Assembly (NCBI GenBank): GCA_027624715.1
Contig: JAQBTV010000001.1
Location: 139,752-203,751, forward strand
Length of the DNA: 64,000 bases
Direction: 5' to 3'
Source: Pseudomonadota bacterium
Lineage (GTDB): Bacteria; Pseudomonadota; Gammaproteobacteria; Burkholderiales; Eutrophovitaceae
A model generated the notes under the pieces. It saw only the letters and a program-made list of their open reading frames with translations, did not search any database and had not been told where the DNA came from. Below are positions 10,566 to 21,603 of this stretch, piece after piece. A program made the position numbers and the translations under genes. Each line of letters begins with the position of its first letter. Position 1 is the stretch's first letter.

Positions 10566-11015
10566 ATGGAAAACAATAGAACAAGTATATTTTTATTACT
10601 TATTTTAATGATGGGTTTCTCCTCCGCTTTCTCCGCTGAGGTAGTACTCGTATTGTCGTCAGAAGCCATAGTATCCAGTAACTTAGGTGGGGAACAGAAT
10701 GCCCGAGCGGATTTTGATTTTGGGGCAATCAAAGCTTGGCTAAGAGAAGACGGGCACTGGCAAATTGAAGGAGATGTGATGCATCGCTCTGGATTCTGTG
10801 GGACATATCAACTGGGCATTCAATTTGGCACTGGAAACCCGGGCTGTGCCAATGTCAAATGGCTTACTGGTCCTATTTATGTAACTAAGCGGTTGCAATG
10901 TAATGGCGCTGGGGCTTTCCACTCTGGAGGTAATTTTAGCTTTCCAGCAAAAGAGAGCTTCAATGATATTAACTGCGCACAAAGCGCCATCAAATGCAAC
11001 GGGAAATGCAATTAA
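10566..11015 (+). CDS. Hypothetical secreted cysteine-containing protein (no family recognised)
   Basis: 149 aa; clear signal peptide (FLLLILMMGFSSAFSA-EV); 7 Cys in the mature part, ending in CNGKCN. Confidence 0.5.
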   Translation: MENNRTSIFLLLILMMGFSSAFSAEVVLVLSSEAIVSSNLGGEQNARADFDFGAIKAWLREDGHWQIEGDVMHRSGFCGTYQLGIQFGTGNPGCANVKWLTGPIYVTKRLQCNGAGAFHSGGNFSFPAKESFNDINCAQSAIKCNGKCN

Positions 11016-11044
11016 CCGATTCCTCACTTAGAAAAAATGGATCC

Positions 11045-12016
11045 CTACTCAATCATTTCGAGACGGTAATAATTATCCCGCCCTCTTTGAATGCTGATTT
11101 TTACAGCGCGCATATCTCTAGCCCCGGGAACAACCAAACGAGACACATTGCTCCTGATAGCGCCGTTGACGTAAAAAGGCTGATCCCACCGATACTTATG
11201 CGTATCGCCATTGATAACCATAACATTCTTATCAGTTTGATTCATCATCCCAAATAGTACTGTCCCTATAGTCTGAGAAAATCCGGAATACATTAACGAC
11301 GGCTTGGGCACTATCCAGTCAACAAATGGATCTCCATGAAACAGTACCACAAGGTCACGTATTTCATCACTTCTAAGAAGCTCAAATGCTTGCCTGATCC
11401 AACGTGTATTGGCTCTCTCCCTATGTAAAAATTCGTACTCACCCGCTGGAGTTCCAGAATCCATATTGTTATTACTCCCTACAACATGTATTGACAAGAA
11501 TAACGTTTTAGAGAAGACCCATATTTGATTTTCAACAAAGTCAGAAAACTCTGCATCTACCCTTCCCTGACTTTGTAATTCTAGGAGTGCATTCCGGTCA
11601 AAGTAAGTCGAATCAAAGAAAATCTGCCTGAGCTTTTTAAGTCGTTCCAACGGATCATATCCACCATTATTCTTACGGTGACAATCGGTCCATTCGTTGT
11701 CTCCAGGCGTATAGATCAACGGTGCCACAAACCATGAAAAAAAAGCCTTCTGGCGCGCGTATGCTTCATCAGAGCAAAGCGTAGAGCCGTTCTTGATATC
11801 TCCGATATGCACGACAAAATCGGCGCCCTCCTTATTAATTTTCGTTATCAAATTGCGATAAGTATTGTCAATTTCTTCCCCAGAACCGTAGGGCATATCA
11901 CCAAGAACGACAAACTCAACTGCGTATGCTGGCACTCCAAAAAAAATTAAACTACAAGCAAACCCGTGTACTAGAATTTTTAGCATTTTATGTTTCATCA
12001 TTTTGTAATCACACAA
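11045..12016 (-). CDS. Secreted calcineurin-like metallophosphoesterase
   Basis: Signal peptide, then metallophosphoesterase motifs GDMPYG, HIGD, GDNEW and GDTH. Exact start among several N-terminal Mets is uncertain. Confidence 0.7.
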   Translation of the reverse strand: MCDYKMMKHKMLKILVHGFACSLIFFGVPAYAVEFVVLGDMPYGSGEEIDNTYRNLITKINKEGADFVVHIGDIKNGSTLCSDEAYARQKAFFSWFVAPLIYTPGDNEWTDCHRKNNGGYDPLERLKKLRQIFFDSTYFDRNALLELQSQGRVDAEFSDFVENQIWVFSKTLFLSIHVVGSNNNMDSGTPAGEYEFLHRERANTRWIRQAFELLRSDEIRDLVVLFHGDPFVDWIVPKPSLMYSGFSQTIGTVLFGMMNQTDKNVMVINGDTHKYRWDQPFYVNGAIRSNVSRLVVPGARDMRAVKISIQRGRDNYYRLEMIE

Positions 12017-12052
12017 TACGTAATATATTTATACACTCATCTGCACTCAAGT

Positions 12053-15000
12053 CTAAACGAGCGACTCAACAATAGACCTCTCGATTCGCTTAAAGGACAC
12101 CGGATACAGCGTTTTCAGTTGTTGCGCCCATAAAGATACCCGTAATTCTTCTAGCGACCATCTGATCTCGATAAGTTTTTGCCGCTGCCGAGAACTCACA
12201 CTAAGCTCTATTGACCTCGCTATTTGCTCTTCAAATATTGATATCTGACTTTGCCAGGACGCATCTCGACTTGGATCTGACCGTATCTTCTCGATACGAC
12301 TACAGATGGCCTCTAAATACCGTGGAAAATGTTTTAAATAAATATATGGGGTATTAGCAATAAAATCGGGAGGCATCAGAGAATCAAGGTGATTTTTGAT
12401 ATTTTGTACGAAGTCTTTCGAAGCCAAAAATTTCTCCGAACTAAGGCTTACGCGAACCTTAGCATATAACTGAAATATAGCGACTACAATCTGATTAATT
12501 TCGTTCGCAATGACGAAAATACGGGACTTTGCTTTTTGAGCCGCCTCCGAGAATGCCCTTTCAGTACGAATCATCTCGCCATCAAAAAAAATTGCGCGTG
12601 CGCTGGTCGCCGACATTAATTCGTCAATTAACCTACGCTGAACTAGAGCGCCACCTGAGCTGACCCCTGTCTCATTGAGAAGCATCGAATACTGAAGCGA
12701 CATTTGGGGAAGTTCATTCCAACGATTAGAAATAAATTTAAATTGCTCTTTCATCGTTAATTGAAATAGGCGCTGAACACCCCTCTTTGAAACAAAGTCT
12801 GCTTCTATCTCTGTATCCGTAAGGATTATTGATACCGAATCCTTCTCGTCTTTAAGGCATGGAAATCCCACCACGGTTTTATCTTGAATGGACATCTCAA
12901 TGACCTCTGGAAGATTCCCAAAATTCCAGGTTTTCAATCCTACTTTGTTAAACTCTTTAGTTGTCTGAGTTGTAAAGGTCTCGGTTGCCTTTAATCCGAA
13001 TTGCTTCCTTAGCTCGGCCAAATCTCGACCAGAATCAAGATCTACACCGACTTCATCTACAACTGAAAAATTCATCCGTAGATAATCAGGTAACTCGTTC
13101 TCATTAACAACTTCACGAGTAATTAATTCTCCACACGATGCATTAATGACCTTAATAATCAAATCGAATAAAGAGATAGATTTTGGGTTCAAATCTCCAA
13201 CAATTTCATCAACAAACTGTTTAATTGGAAAAATTTTTTTCCTTATAGATTTTGGCAAGCCTTTAATAACTGCAGTAACTTTTTCTCTAATTAATCCAGG
13301 CACAAGCCACTCAATTCGAACCTGATCTATTTTATTAAGCATTTCAATCGGGACCTTGACGGTCACCCCATCGAAAATATGACCTGGCTCAAAACGATAC
13401 TCGAGTCGGAACGCATACCCATTCATAGTAACCACGTCAGGATAAAGCTCGAATGTCTCAGACTCGATGTCTTTTCTTACTAAAAGTGCTTTAGTCAGAT
13501 GTAAACACCTTGGTTCTTTCGCCTCTACTGGCTTACGCCATTTTTCAAAATCTACCCAACTACATATATTTTCAGGAATCTTCTTCTCAAAAAAAGAGTA
13601 CACCACAGAATCATCTACAAGCAGATCATAACGCCGCGATCTTGCCTCAACACTCTGTAACGATTCAATTAAATCTAGATTATGTTTCAAAAAACTTGGT
13701 GGACTTTTGACCTCACCCTTAACTAAGGCACCGCGGATAAATATTTCCCGAGCCTCCCTAATGTTAATGGGACCATAACTACTCTGCCGCTGCGGAACAA
13801 TAACTAAACCATACAAAGTCACCCGCTCTGTTGCTATTACGTTTCCTATATTTTTTGACCACCGTGGTTCATGGTAAGTCGAGTGCGTAAGATGTTTGGC
13901 CACAGGCTCAACCCATTCAACGTCTATTTCAGCAACGCAGCGCGCATACAACCGTGATGTCTCTACCAACTCTGAAGCGATAATCCATTTAGGTTTAGCG
14001 CTCCTCAAATCAGAACTGGGATGTATATGGAATTTAATACCTCTGGCTCCGTAATAGACTCCTTTCTCATCACCTCGAAAGCCGAGATTCCCCAAAAGTC
14101 CCGTCAATAAAGCCCGGTGAATTTCGGATCTCTTACTTGGCTGATCATTAATTTTAAATCCCATTTCTATAGACATCGATTTCAGCTGATGATAAAGCTC
14201 ACGCCACTCGAACATTCGTACTAATGAGAGATGTCGGCACCGACACAATTCTTTCAACTGCTTCTTGCCTAGTTTTTTTTCAAATATATCTCGAAACCAA
14301 TTCCAAACTTCTAACAATGATGAGAAATCTGATTTATTTTCTTTACTGCCATGAAGCGTAGGCGCTTCACTTGAGTTAAAATCTCGCTCTCTAGGATCCT
14401 GGACTGACAAACCTGCAGCTAACTTCAATACCTCATCAAGACATCCAAGTTCATTGCTCGCTAGAATCATTCGTGCAACTCTTGGGTCGACGGGTATATG
14501 TGCAATTTTTTTACCAATGGCTGTCAATTGACGTTTCTGATCAATCGCTCCTAATTCCTCAAGTAACTGATATCCATCTGCCAGAGCTTTTGGCGTTGGC
14601 GGATCAATGAAAGGAAATTTATCTGGGGATTCGAGACCAAAAACCGACATACGTAAGATCACCGAAGCTAATGATGACCTTAAAATTTCCGGCTCAGCGT
14701 GAACGAGACGTTGATCAAAATCACTCTCAGAATATAATCTCACGCAGACACCGTTCATCACTCTGCCACTTCGGCCAGCACGCTGATTGGCAGATGCCTG
14801 AGACACTTTCTCCACCTGCAACATCTCTACTTTATTCCGATAGCTGTATCGCTTAACTCGGGCCAACCCAGAATCAATAACATACTGTATTTTAGGTATT
14901 GTGAGAGACGTTTCAGCAATATTGGTTGCAAGTATTACTCGCCTGCTATACGAGGGCGTGAAAATTCTATTTTGATCTTGAATGGAGAGTCTCGAATATA

Positions 15001-16018
15001 GCGGCAAGGCTTCCCATTTAGAGCGCCTAAGTTTGGATAAAAAATGCTTACTGATCCACTCAAGAGATTGTCTAATTTCGCGCTCGCCCGGTAAAAATAC
15101 CAGAACGTCTCCGCCGCCTTGCGCAACATCTATCTCCTCCATTACTTGACACAAGGCATCGTATAGATTTTCTGCGTCTTCCAGCACACCCTCATCACCT
15201 GGAGGCTGATACCGTATCTCCACGGGATACAACCGGCCCGATACCTCAATAACTGGCGCCTGACCAAAATGAGACGAAAATTTATCTGCATCAATGGTCG
15301 CCGAAGTGATGATTAATTTTAAGTCAGGTCTGTTCTTTAATAATCGCTTTAAGTATCCGAATAAAAAATCGACGTTGAGATTTCTTTCGTGAGCCTCGTC
15401 AATAATAATCGTATCGTACTGAGACAAATACCGATCGGTTTGCGTCTCTGCGAGCAAAACCCCATCCGTCATGACCTTAATGAGGTTCTTTGGACTCGAT
15501 CTATCGGAGAAACGAATCTGGTAGCCAACAAGGTCACCAATTTCAGATTGTAACTCCTTGGCGACTCGGCTTGCCACCAAGCGAGCTGCGATCCGCCTTG
15601 GTTGCGTATGGGCAATTTGCCCACATACCCCACGACCAATTTCGAGTAGCATTTTAGGTAACTGCGTGGTCTTTCCGGATCCTGTTTCACCACACAAAAT
15701 AACCACCTGATGCTGACTAATCAGACGTTTTATTTCTTCTCGCCTCTCAACAACTGGAAGCTTATCTCCAAAATAGATGTTCGGAATTCGACCTTTTCTG
15801 ATAGAGGCCTTACTGACTGACACATTTATTTTCGAGCGCAGTATCTCAAGATCGACCGACCAATCAACATTATCTTTTTTAGCAACTAGCTGATTAAATT
15901 GCTTCCTAAAGCCATGCTGATCCTGACTCAGACACAAGAGAATTTCTTCATGCAGTTCTTGATTGTGATTTTTTTGGTCGCCACTCATCGGGATAAATAA
16001 AAATCTTCTAAGCTCCAC
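12053..16018 (-). CDS. hrpA: ATP-dependent RNA helicase HrpA (DEAH-box)
   Basis: 1321 aa; GETGSGKTTQLP Walker A, DEAHER box, and the long HrpA-type C-terminal extension. Confidence 0.9.
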   Translation of the reverse strand: MELRRFLFIPMSGDQKNHNQELHEEILLCLSQDQHGFRKQFNQLVAKKDNVDWSVDLEILRSKINVSVSKASIRKGRIPNIYFGDKLPVVERREEIKRLISQHQVVILCGETGSGKTTQLPKMLLEIGRGVCGQIAHTQPRRIAARLVASRVAKELQSEIGDLVGYQIRFSDRSSPKNLIKVMTDGVLLAETQTDRYLSQYDTIIIDEAHERNLNVDFLFGYLKRLLKNRPDLKLIITSATIDADKFSSHFGQAPVIEVSGRLYPVEIRYQPPGDEGVLEDAENLYDALCQVMEEIDVAQGGGDVLVFLPGEREIRQSLEWISKHFLSKLRRSKWEALPLYSRLSIQDQNRIFTPSYSRRVILATNIAETSLTIPKIQYVIDSGLARVKRYSYRNKVEMLQVEKVSQASANQRAGRSGRVMNGVCVRLYSESDFDQRLVHAEPEILRSSLASVILRMSVFGLESPDKFPFIDPPTPKALADGYQLLEELGAIDQKRQLTAIGKKIAHIPVDPRVARMILASNELGCLDEVLKLAAGLSVQDPRERDFNSSEAPTLHGSKENKSDFSSLLEVWNWFRDIFEKKLGKKQLKELCRCRHLSLVRMFEWRELYHQLKSMSIEMGFKINDQPSKRSEIHRALLTGLLGNLGFRGDEKGVYYGARGIKFHIHPSSDLRSAKPKWIIASELVETSRLYARCVAEIDVEWVEPVAKHLTHSTYHEPRWSKNIGNVIATERVTLYGLVIVPQRQSSYGPINIREAREIFIRGALVKGEVKSPPSFLKHNLDLIESLQSVEARSRRYDLLVDDSVVYSFFEKKIPENICSWVDFEKWRKPVEAKEPRCLHLTKALLVRKDIESETFELYPDVVTMNGYAFRLEYRFEPGHIFDGVTVKVPIEMLNKIDQVRIEWLVPGLIREKVTAVIKGLPKSIRKKIFPIKQFVDEIVGDLNPKSISLFDLIIKVINASCGELITREVVNENELPDYLRMNFSVVDEVGVDLDSGRDLAELRKQFGLKATETFTTQTTKEFNKVGLKTWNFGNLPEVIEMSIQDKTVVGFPCLKDEKDSVSIILTDTEIEADFVSKRGVQRLFQLTMKEQFKFISNRWNELPQMSLQYSMLLNETGVSSGGALVQRRLIDELMSATSARAIFFDGEMIRTERAFSEAAQKAKSRIFVIANEINQIVVAIFQLYAKVRVSLSSEKFLASKDFVQNIKNHLDSLMPPDFIANTPYIYLKHFPRYLEAICSRIEKIRSDPSRDASWQSQISIFEEQIARSIELSVSSRQRQKLIEIRWSLEELRVSLWAQQLKTLYPVSFKRIERSIVESLV

Positions 16019-16066
16019 GTTGTAGAGGGAGTTCTCCGAAAAATTAGGTAAAACCTAAATCCAACC

Positions 16067-17386
16067 CTAAGAAATCAGACCTTTAAATGGAGAATATCTC
16101 TCGCACCACGCTGCGGTTGCCAAAAGGTAATTATCTTCATCAACCGCACTTATTATTTGTAGTCCTAAAGGCAAACCCCGAGGACCTAAACCGGTAGGTA
16201 TGGTAATGGCCGGAGCACCAATTAGCGTCCAAATCGAGCAAAAGCTGGGGTCGCCGGTAACATGGAGTGAGTCTGGAGCCTCCCCGGTTGCTGGAGGAGT
16301 AATGACTGCCGAATAACCTCGGTCCATAAAAGAAGCAAAACTATTTTGTAAGGCATTTTTTTTCTTGACCGCATCCCTAAACTGGGTTTCAGTAACATGG
16401 TCTCCTTCTTCCAGAGCATGAATGAGAAAATCTGAGAAGTAGCCTCGAAATTCACCTCTTACTGCTCGCGAGACCCGTGCAGCCTGATAGAGCATGATCG
16501 TTCGATGTACCTTATGTGCACGGTCAAATTCACCAGGAATCTCAATGGCATCTATCGACGCACCAGCACTTCTGAGACGCGAAATATCAGATTCAAATTG
16601 AGTTCTGGCCTCAGGTGCAGCAAGATACCAGGAAGGCGATCGCACCGCAGCCAACCTAGGCGCATTCTTAAGGGGTGAAGCGTTCGGCGATATGCCAGCA
16701 CGATGGCCAGCAAAACTGGATGCTAATAGCGCGGAGTCGGCAACACTTCTCGCAAAGACCCCTGGCTGATCAAACATAGGTGAAAAAGGCATAATACCTT
16801 CCAAACCAATCAGTCCTCTCGTCATCTTGTACCCAACGACACCGCAATAAGCAGCAGGTCGAATAATTGAGCCGTTTGTTTGAGTCCCAACGGCACCGGG
16901 GACAAATCCCGCCGCAACCGCAGCAGCGGACCCACTGGACGACCCGCCCGGAGTGTGTTGAATATTCCATGGATTACGAGTCTTAGAGGGCATCATAAAC
17001 GCCGCCTCAGTCGTGACTGTTTTACCAAACACAAAAGCGCCAGATTTTTCAATTCGCTTCACGATATCTGCGGACCTTTCCGGTACATAATTTTGGTACA
17101 AACAGCAGCCCATTTCAGTGGGAATACCAGCGGTATAGATGTTATCTTTAACACCGATGGGAATGCCATAGAGAGGATGAGCTGCCCGAAGAGCTGCTGC
17201 AGACGTATCAGCTTTTTTTGCAATCCCTAAAGCTCTATCGCGGTCTAACCACTGCCAAGCTTGAACACTACCCTCTAAGTCATTAATCCGTTCGAGCAAG
17301 TTACTGATATAGACTGACGGCTTGAGTTTGCCTTCACGTAATCTTTGCACCACTTCATGCAGCCCAAGTCTAAACAATTGATTCAT
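16067..17386 (-). CDS. Amidase (amidase-signature family)
   Basis: 439 aa; GGSSSGSAAAVAAG amidase signature and the upstream K in GVKDN. Confidence 0.8.
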   Translation of the reverse strand: MNQLFRLGLHEVVQRLREGKLKPSVYISNLLERINDLEGSVQAWQWLDRDRALGIAKKADTSAAALRAAHPLYGIPIGVKDNIYTAGIPTEMGCCLYQNYVPERSADIVKRIEKSGAFVFGKTVTTEAAFMMPSKTRNPWNIQHTPGGSSSGSAAAVAAGFVPGAVGTQTNGSIIRPAAYCGVVGYKMTRGLIGLEGIMPFSPMFDQPGVFARSVADSALLASSFAGHRAGISPNASPLKNAPRLAAVRSPSWYLAAPEARTQFESDISRLRSAGASIDAIEIPGEFDRAHKVHRTIMLYQAARVSRAVRGEFRGYFSDFLIHALEEGDHVTETQFRDAVKKKNALQNSFASFMDRGYSAVITPPATGEAPDSLHVTGDPSFCSIWTLIGAPAITIPTGLGPRGLPLGLQIISAVDEDNYLLATAAWCERYSPFKGLIS

Positions 17387-17456
17387 AGGTAGTATCGATA
17401 CAATTAAAAATACGGATGGATTTTAAATTTCTATACTGAACTCTAATTCTAAACTT

Positions 17457-18422
17457 TTATCTAGGATTAACCCAATTTAACGGGGCTTGTCCATTTGCTA
17501 AAACCGCTACTAAATTCTTCGCAGCAGTCATTGCCATCGCTCTTCGAGTAGGCTCGGACGCACTGCCGCTATGAGGAGACAGAACCACGTTCTCTAGTTC
17601 TAAAAATTTAGCATTTATCGCTGGCTCCCCCTCATAGACATCCAATCCTGCAGCAAATATAGATCTATCCCTCAACGCCGTAATTAACGCGTTGTCGTCC
17701 ACAATACCACCTCTAGCGATGTTGACCAAAACCGATCGTCGCTTCATCTGACCCAATTCCCGTTCTCCGATGAAATGATGGGTTTCCTTCGAGTAAGGCA
17801 AAATGAGGAGCACCACATCTGACTCTCGGAGTAACTGAGACTTATCAACGTAAGTTGCATTGAGGTTTTGCTCAACGTCTTCGCTACCGCGTGATCGGGT
17901 GTGATAAATGACGCGCATACCAAATCCGTTGGCTCGTCTCGCGATCGCTTGGCCAATTCGCCCAAACCCCACCAAGCCAAGCGTTGCGCCATGTATGTCG
18001 ACACCCAACATCTGCTTTAAGTAAGTCGCCTTCCATTGACCCGACCTCAGGAATCGTTCAGCTTCTCCCATCCGTCTACATGCGGCAATCATCAGCCCCA
18101 TCGCATAGTCCGCCACACACTCATCCAAGACCCCGGGCGTGTTAGTGACGATAACCCCGCGCCGAGAGCAAGCCTCAACGTCTATATTGTTGTAGCCCAC
18201 CGCTGTATTCGCAATAATCTTAACTTGGGGCGCAGCATCTAAGAATTCATCGTTAACCTCATCCCCAGAAGCTGTTTGGACCCCTTCCGCACCAGAGACC
18301 AAAGAAAGCAGCTCATCGCGGCGAAACAAACGATCCTCTTGGTTAGATACAACATCAAAATATGTTTTTAAACACTCAATGGTTTCACTAAAAACTTCAC
18401 GAGTAACAACTATTTTCTTCAT
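17457..18422 (-). CDS. D-isomer-specific 2-hydroxyacid dehydrogenase (glyoxylate/hydroxypyruvate reductase-like)
   Basis: 321 aa; GxGxxG motif GLVGFGRIGQAIA; catalytic-region motifs NIARGGIVD and SPHSGSA. Confidence 0.8.
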   Translation of the reverse strand: MKKIVVTREVFSETIECLKTYFDVVSNQEDRLFRRDELLSLVSGAEGVQTASGDEVNDEFLDAAPQVKIIANTAVGYNNIDVEACSRRGVIVTNTPGVLDECVADYAMGLMIAACRRMGEAERFLRSGQWKATYLKQMLGVDIHGATLGLVGFGRIGQAIARRANGFGMRVIYHTRSRGSEDVEQNLNATYVDKSQLLRESDVVLLILPYSKETHHFIGERELGQMKRRSVLVNIARGGIVDDNALITALRDRSIFAAGLDVYEGEPAINAKFLELENVVLSPHSGSASEPTRRAMAMTAAKNLVAVLANGQAPLNWVNPR

Positions 18423-18636
18423 TAAATGATATCCAAAGTCAGTTTTTATAGATTTGTTTAAGACTCAGCATTAGAGGCATTGAACCAGGCTAATACTAAC
18501 AATGAAAAAGGACTTTGGCATAATAATTAAGGATAGATTACAGCTAAAAGCATGCTAGAATCCCGACCAAATTTATGTAACGATTGGGCTTGTGCCGGAT
18601 ATGGCGGTGTAAACACGTCTACAAGGAGGCAGTACT

Positions 18637-20244
18637 GTGACATTATCGAACGCAAGTGGCGCAGCTTACCTGACCAACTTTCTTCAAGGAGCGCCAAATT
18701 GGTATAAAACAACGATCATTCTTTTTCTAATTGTTAACCCAATACTATTTCACACCGTCGGTCCATTCATTACTGGCTGGATCCTCGTCATTCAATTTAT
18801 TTTTACTCTTGCAATGGCACTTAAGGCCTATCCTCTTGCGCCTGGGGGTTTGATAGCGATGGAGGCCGTTGCGATCGGAATGACCTCACCGGCAACCGTT
18901 TATCACGAGATCGTACTGAACTTTCCCGTGATTCTTCTACTGATGTTTATGGTCGCAGGAATCTACTTTATGAAGGGATTACTTTTATTTCTCTTCACCA
19001 AAGTAATCATTAATGTTCGATCTAAAATTATCTTATCGCTATTGTTCTCGTTAATGGCAGCGTTTCTCTCTGCCTTTCTCGACGCACTGACCGTTATAGC
19101 GGTCATTATAAGTGTCGCTGTAGGCTTTTACGGGATCTACCATAAGGTAGCGTCCGGGAAAGCTCATGATGATGATGATGGTGATTTATCTGATAATCAA
19201 TATATTCAAAACATCCATCGCGACAATCTAGAGCAATTCAAAGCATTCTTACGAAGCTTAATGATGCATGGTGCCGTAGGAACAGCTCTGGGTGGCGTAT
19301 GTACCCTTGTCGGGGAACCACAGAACCTTTTAATCGCTGGGCGTGCCAACTGGGATTTTTTTGAATTCTTCATCCGTATGACACCAGTCACCCTCCCTGT
19401 TCTCGCCGTAGGCCTGCTAACGTGTGTCGTATTAGAGAAATTTAAACTGTTTGGATATGGCACAAAAATACCTGTCGAAATTTTAGAGGTCCTAACAGAC
19501 TTTGACCAGCGAGAGGAAGCGAAGAGGACAAAGGAAGATAAAGCCAAATTAGTCATCCAAGGCATTGCCGGGATATGGCTGATCATTGCCTTGGGACTGC
19601 ATCTTGCGGAAGTTGGAGTTATCGGTCTATCTGTAATTATATTTATTACCGCATTTAATGGATTAATTAGGGAACATGATATTGGTCTTGCTTTCACCGA
19701 AGCACTGCCCTTCACTGCTTTGTTAGTGGTCTTCTTTGCGATTGTTGCCGTTATACAGGATCAAAATCTGTTTTCCAGCATCATCCAATACGGCCTCGCG
19801 CTGAATGGCGTTGAGCAAATTGGTTTATTTTACGTGGCAAACGGCTTGCTCTCCGCGATTAGCGATAACGTATTCGTCGCCACGGTGTATATCAACGAGC
19901 TAGGGAAAGCGTTAGGAGAGGGAATCATCTCTAGAGATCAATTCGATCTTCTAGCGGTTGCAGTAAATACTGGTACCAACATACCCAGCGTGGCAACACC
20001 CAATGGTCAAGCTGCCTTTCTATTCCTGCTTACCTCTGCATTGGCTCCTTTGATTCATTTGTCATATGGAAGAATGGTATTCATGGCATTACCTTACACT
20101 GTAACCATGGCCATCACGGGTCTAGTGACCGTCATGCTGTGGCTACCCCCTTTGACATCATCCATGTATGAAAGTGGCCTCATTAATCATCACGAGGCGT
20201 CTGAACTCAACAAACACGAAACACCCAATAAGGCTCAACACTAA
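18637..20244 (+). CDS. nhaB: Na+/H+ antiporter NhaB
   Basis: 535 aa polytopic protein, closely collinear with my memory of E. coli NhaB ([11 protein letters not shown]...[17 protein letters not shown]). GTG start is preceded by AGGAGG. Confidence 0.9.
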   Translation: MTLSNASGAAYLTNFLQGAPNWYKTTIILFLIVNPILFHTVGPFITGWILVIQFIFTLAMALKAYPLAPGGLIAMEAVAIGMTSPATVYHEIVLNFPVILLLMFMVAGIYFMKGLLLFLFTKVIINVRSKIILSLLFSLMAAFLSAFLDALTVIAVIISVAVGFYGIYHKVASGKAHDDDDGDLSDNQYIQNIHRDNLEQFKAFLRSLMMHGAVGTALGGVCTLVGEPQNLLIAGRANWDFFEFFIRMTPVTLPVLAVGLLTCVVLEKFKLFGYGTKIPVEILEVLTDFDQREEAKRTKEDKAKLVIQGIAGIWLIIALGLHLAEVGVIGLSVIIFITAFNGLIREHDIGLAFTEALPFTALLVVFFAIVAVIQDQNLFSSIIQYGLALNGVEQIGLFYVANGLLSAISDNVFVATVYINELGKALGEGIISRDQFDLLAVAVNTGTNIPSVATPNGQAAFLFLLTSALAPLIHLSYGRMVFMALPYTVTMAITGLVTVMLWLPPLTSSMYESGLINHHEASELNKHETPNKAQH

Positions 20245-20337
20245 TTTTTTGGCGTAAGAGAGATCTATAAGTCCTTTAATACAGGCTTGTGGATCGACTT
20301 GGTAGGAATCAAATAAGAACTAAACGACATGACTGAT

Positions 20338-20916
20338 CTAACGGGACGACCTATGTTTGCGCCTCTTATACCATTCAATGGTAATGACCATACGCCAGAC
20401 GCCCAAGACCAACAGGTAGCCAGCCATGGCCCCGAAGATCGCGAGTACTAGTAATCCAACTATAATATTTTTCCCCACCAACATGAATGTATCGAACCAT
20501 CCCAAAATCGCATCCCCAGCTTCGTAGGCACCACTCGATATGGCTTCTTGCATATCGGGCTTTATACTCTCCAAAATAAAACCACCAATTTCATTCGCGA
20601 GCAAATAAATGGGGCCAAATGTCAACGGATTGGTAACCAGTGTCGTAACAACTGCTGTGACTAGATGACCTTTAAACCAAACAGCAAAAATCGCAGCAAA
20701 AGGTATTTGCATCAAGGGAATCAGAAATGCAAAGAAAATACCTATTGCAGCGCCCATAGCCACGCCTTTTCGGTTGAAGTGCCACAACCTTGGATGATGC
20801 AGCGACGGTCCAATCCAAGCAACCCATTTATTTTTTTGAATATTCTGTCCTGACGGCAAGACAGCTTGAAGCCTTTTTTTCCAACCACGGATACCAGGTT
20901 TAGATTCCATATTCAT
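20338..20916 (-). CDS. DUF2062-like membrane protein
   Basis: 192 aa; N-terminal basic region with HHPRLWHFNRKGVAMG, followed by TM helices. Confidence 0.6.
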   Translation of the reverse strand: MNMESKPGIRGWKKRLQAVLPSGQNIQKNKWVAWIGPSLHHPRLWHFNRKGVAMGAAIGIFFAFLIPLMQIPFAAIFAVWFKGHLVTAVVTTLVTNPLTFGPIYLLANEIGGFILESIKPDMQEAISSGAYEAGDAILGWFDTFMLVGKNIIVGLLVLAIFGAMAGYLLVLGVWRMVITIEWYKRRKHRSSR

Positions 20917-20947
20917 AAATCATTTACACGCATTCTTTAATTTATAC

Positions 20948-21595
20948 TCATCGATCAATAATGATCACGTGCACTCTAAATGGGCCATGAGCCCCATAAA
21001 CAAGTGTCATCTCAATATCTGCTGTTCGTGAAGGCCCAGAAATAAAACTTACTTGTCTTGGCAACGAACCGACCTCACCACGAATTAACCGCCAAGCGTC
21101 CTCCATGGTTTTCACAATTCTAGATCGTCGAATAACTGCGATGTGCGTTTCAGGTAGCAGGCTGGTAGTGGCATGGCTTTCTTGTCCTGAGAGCAACACT
21201 AAAGTACCCGTTTCAGCAACCGCGCAATAACTTCCGGTGAGCCCGACTTTATCATCCCCAATAGCACTGCGACTCTCCATTTGAATGCCCTCGGCTGACC
21301 ATGGTAAATCAACGAAATCTGGCCAACACACAACTTTAGTAGGCAGCCCTTTTTTGCTCAGATAACGAGTCACTGCAAGCGGCAGTTCGTCAATCCCCTT
21401 AATCTCATCCAAAGTAGATGCCGATTCCTGACACCGAATTTTAAATCGCTCCTCTATATCCCAGTCCATCGTAGGTAAGGGGCTTATGGGAGGGCTGGCA
21501 AGGCGATCAGCAACCGCACTATCCATCACATCCACAAAAAGGACAGCTTTATTTGCAGCCCTTATTCGCGCCAAAATATTTTCCCTAGCAGACAT
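20948..21595 (-). CDS. lutC: Lactate utilization protein C (LUD domain)
   Basis: 215 aa; third gene of a lutA-lutB-lutC (ykgEFG-type) operon. Confidence 0.8.
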   Translation of the reverse strand: MSARENILARIRAANKAVLFVDVMDSAVADRLASPPISPLPTMDWDIEERFKIRCQESASTLDEIKGIDELPLAVTRYLSKKGLPTKVVCWPDFVDLPWSAEGIQMESRSAIGDDKVGLTGSYCAVAETGTLVLLSGQESHATTSLLPETHIAVIRRSRIVKTMEDAWRLIRGEVGSLPRQVSFISGPSRTADIEMTLVYGAHGPFRVHVIIIDR

Positions 21596-21603
21596 ATTGA
21601 GAT

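Noticed and set aside
7266-19715. Long antisense ORFs inside the outer-membrane protein gene, pxp genes, hrpA, the amidase gene and nhaB (for example 7266-7820 on the plus strand and 19206-19715 on the minus strand).
   Set aside because: They sit opposite confidently identified genes, have no motifs, and have biased composition. They are shadow ORFs.
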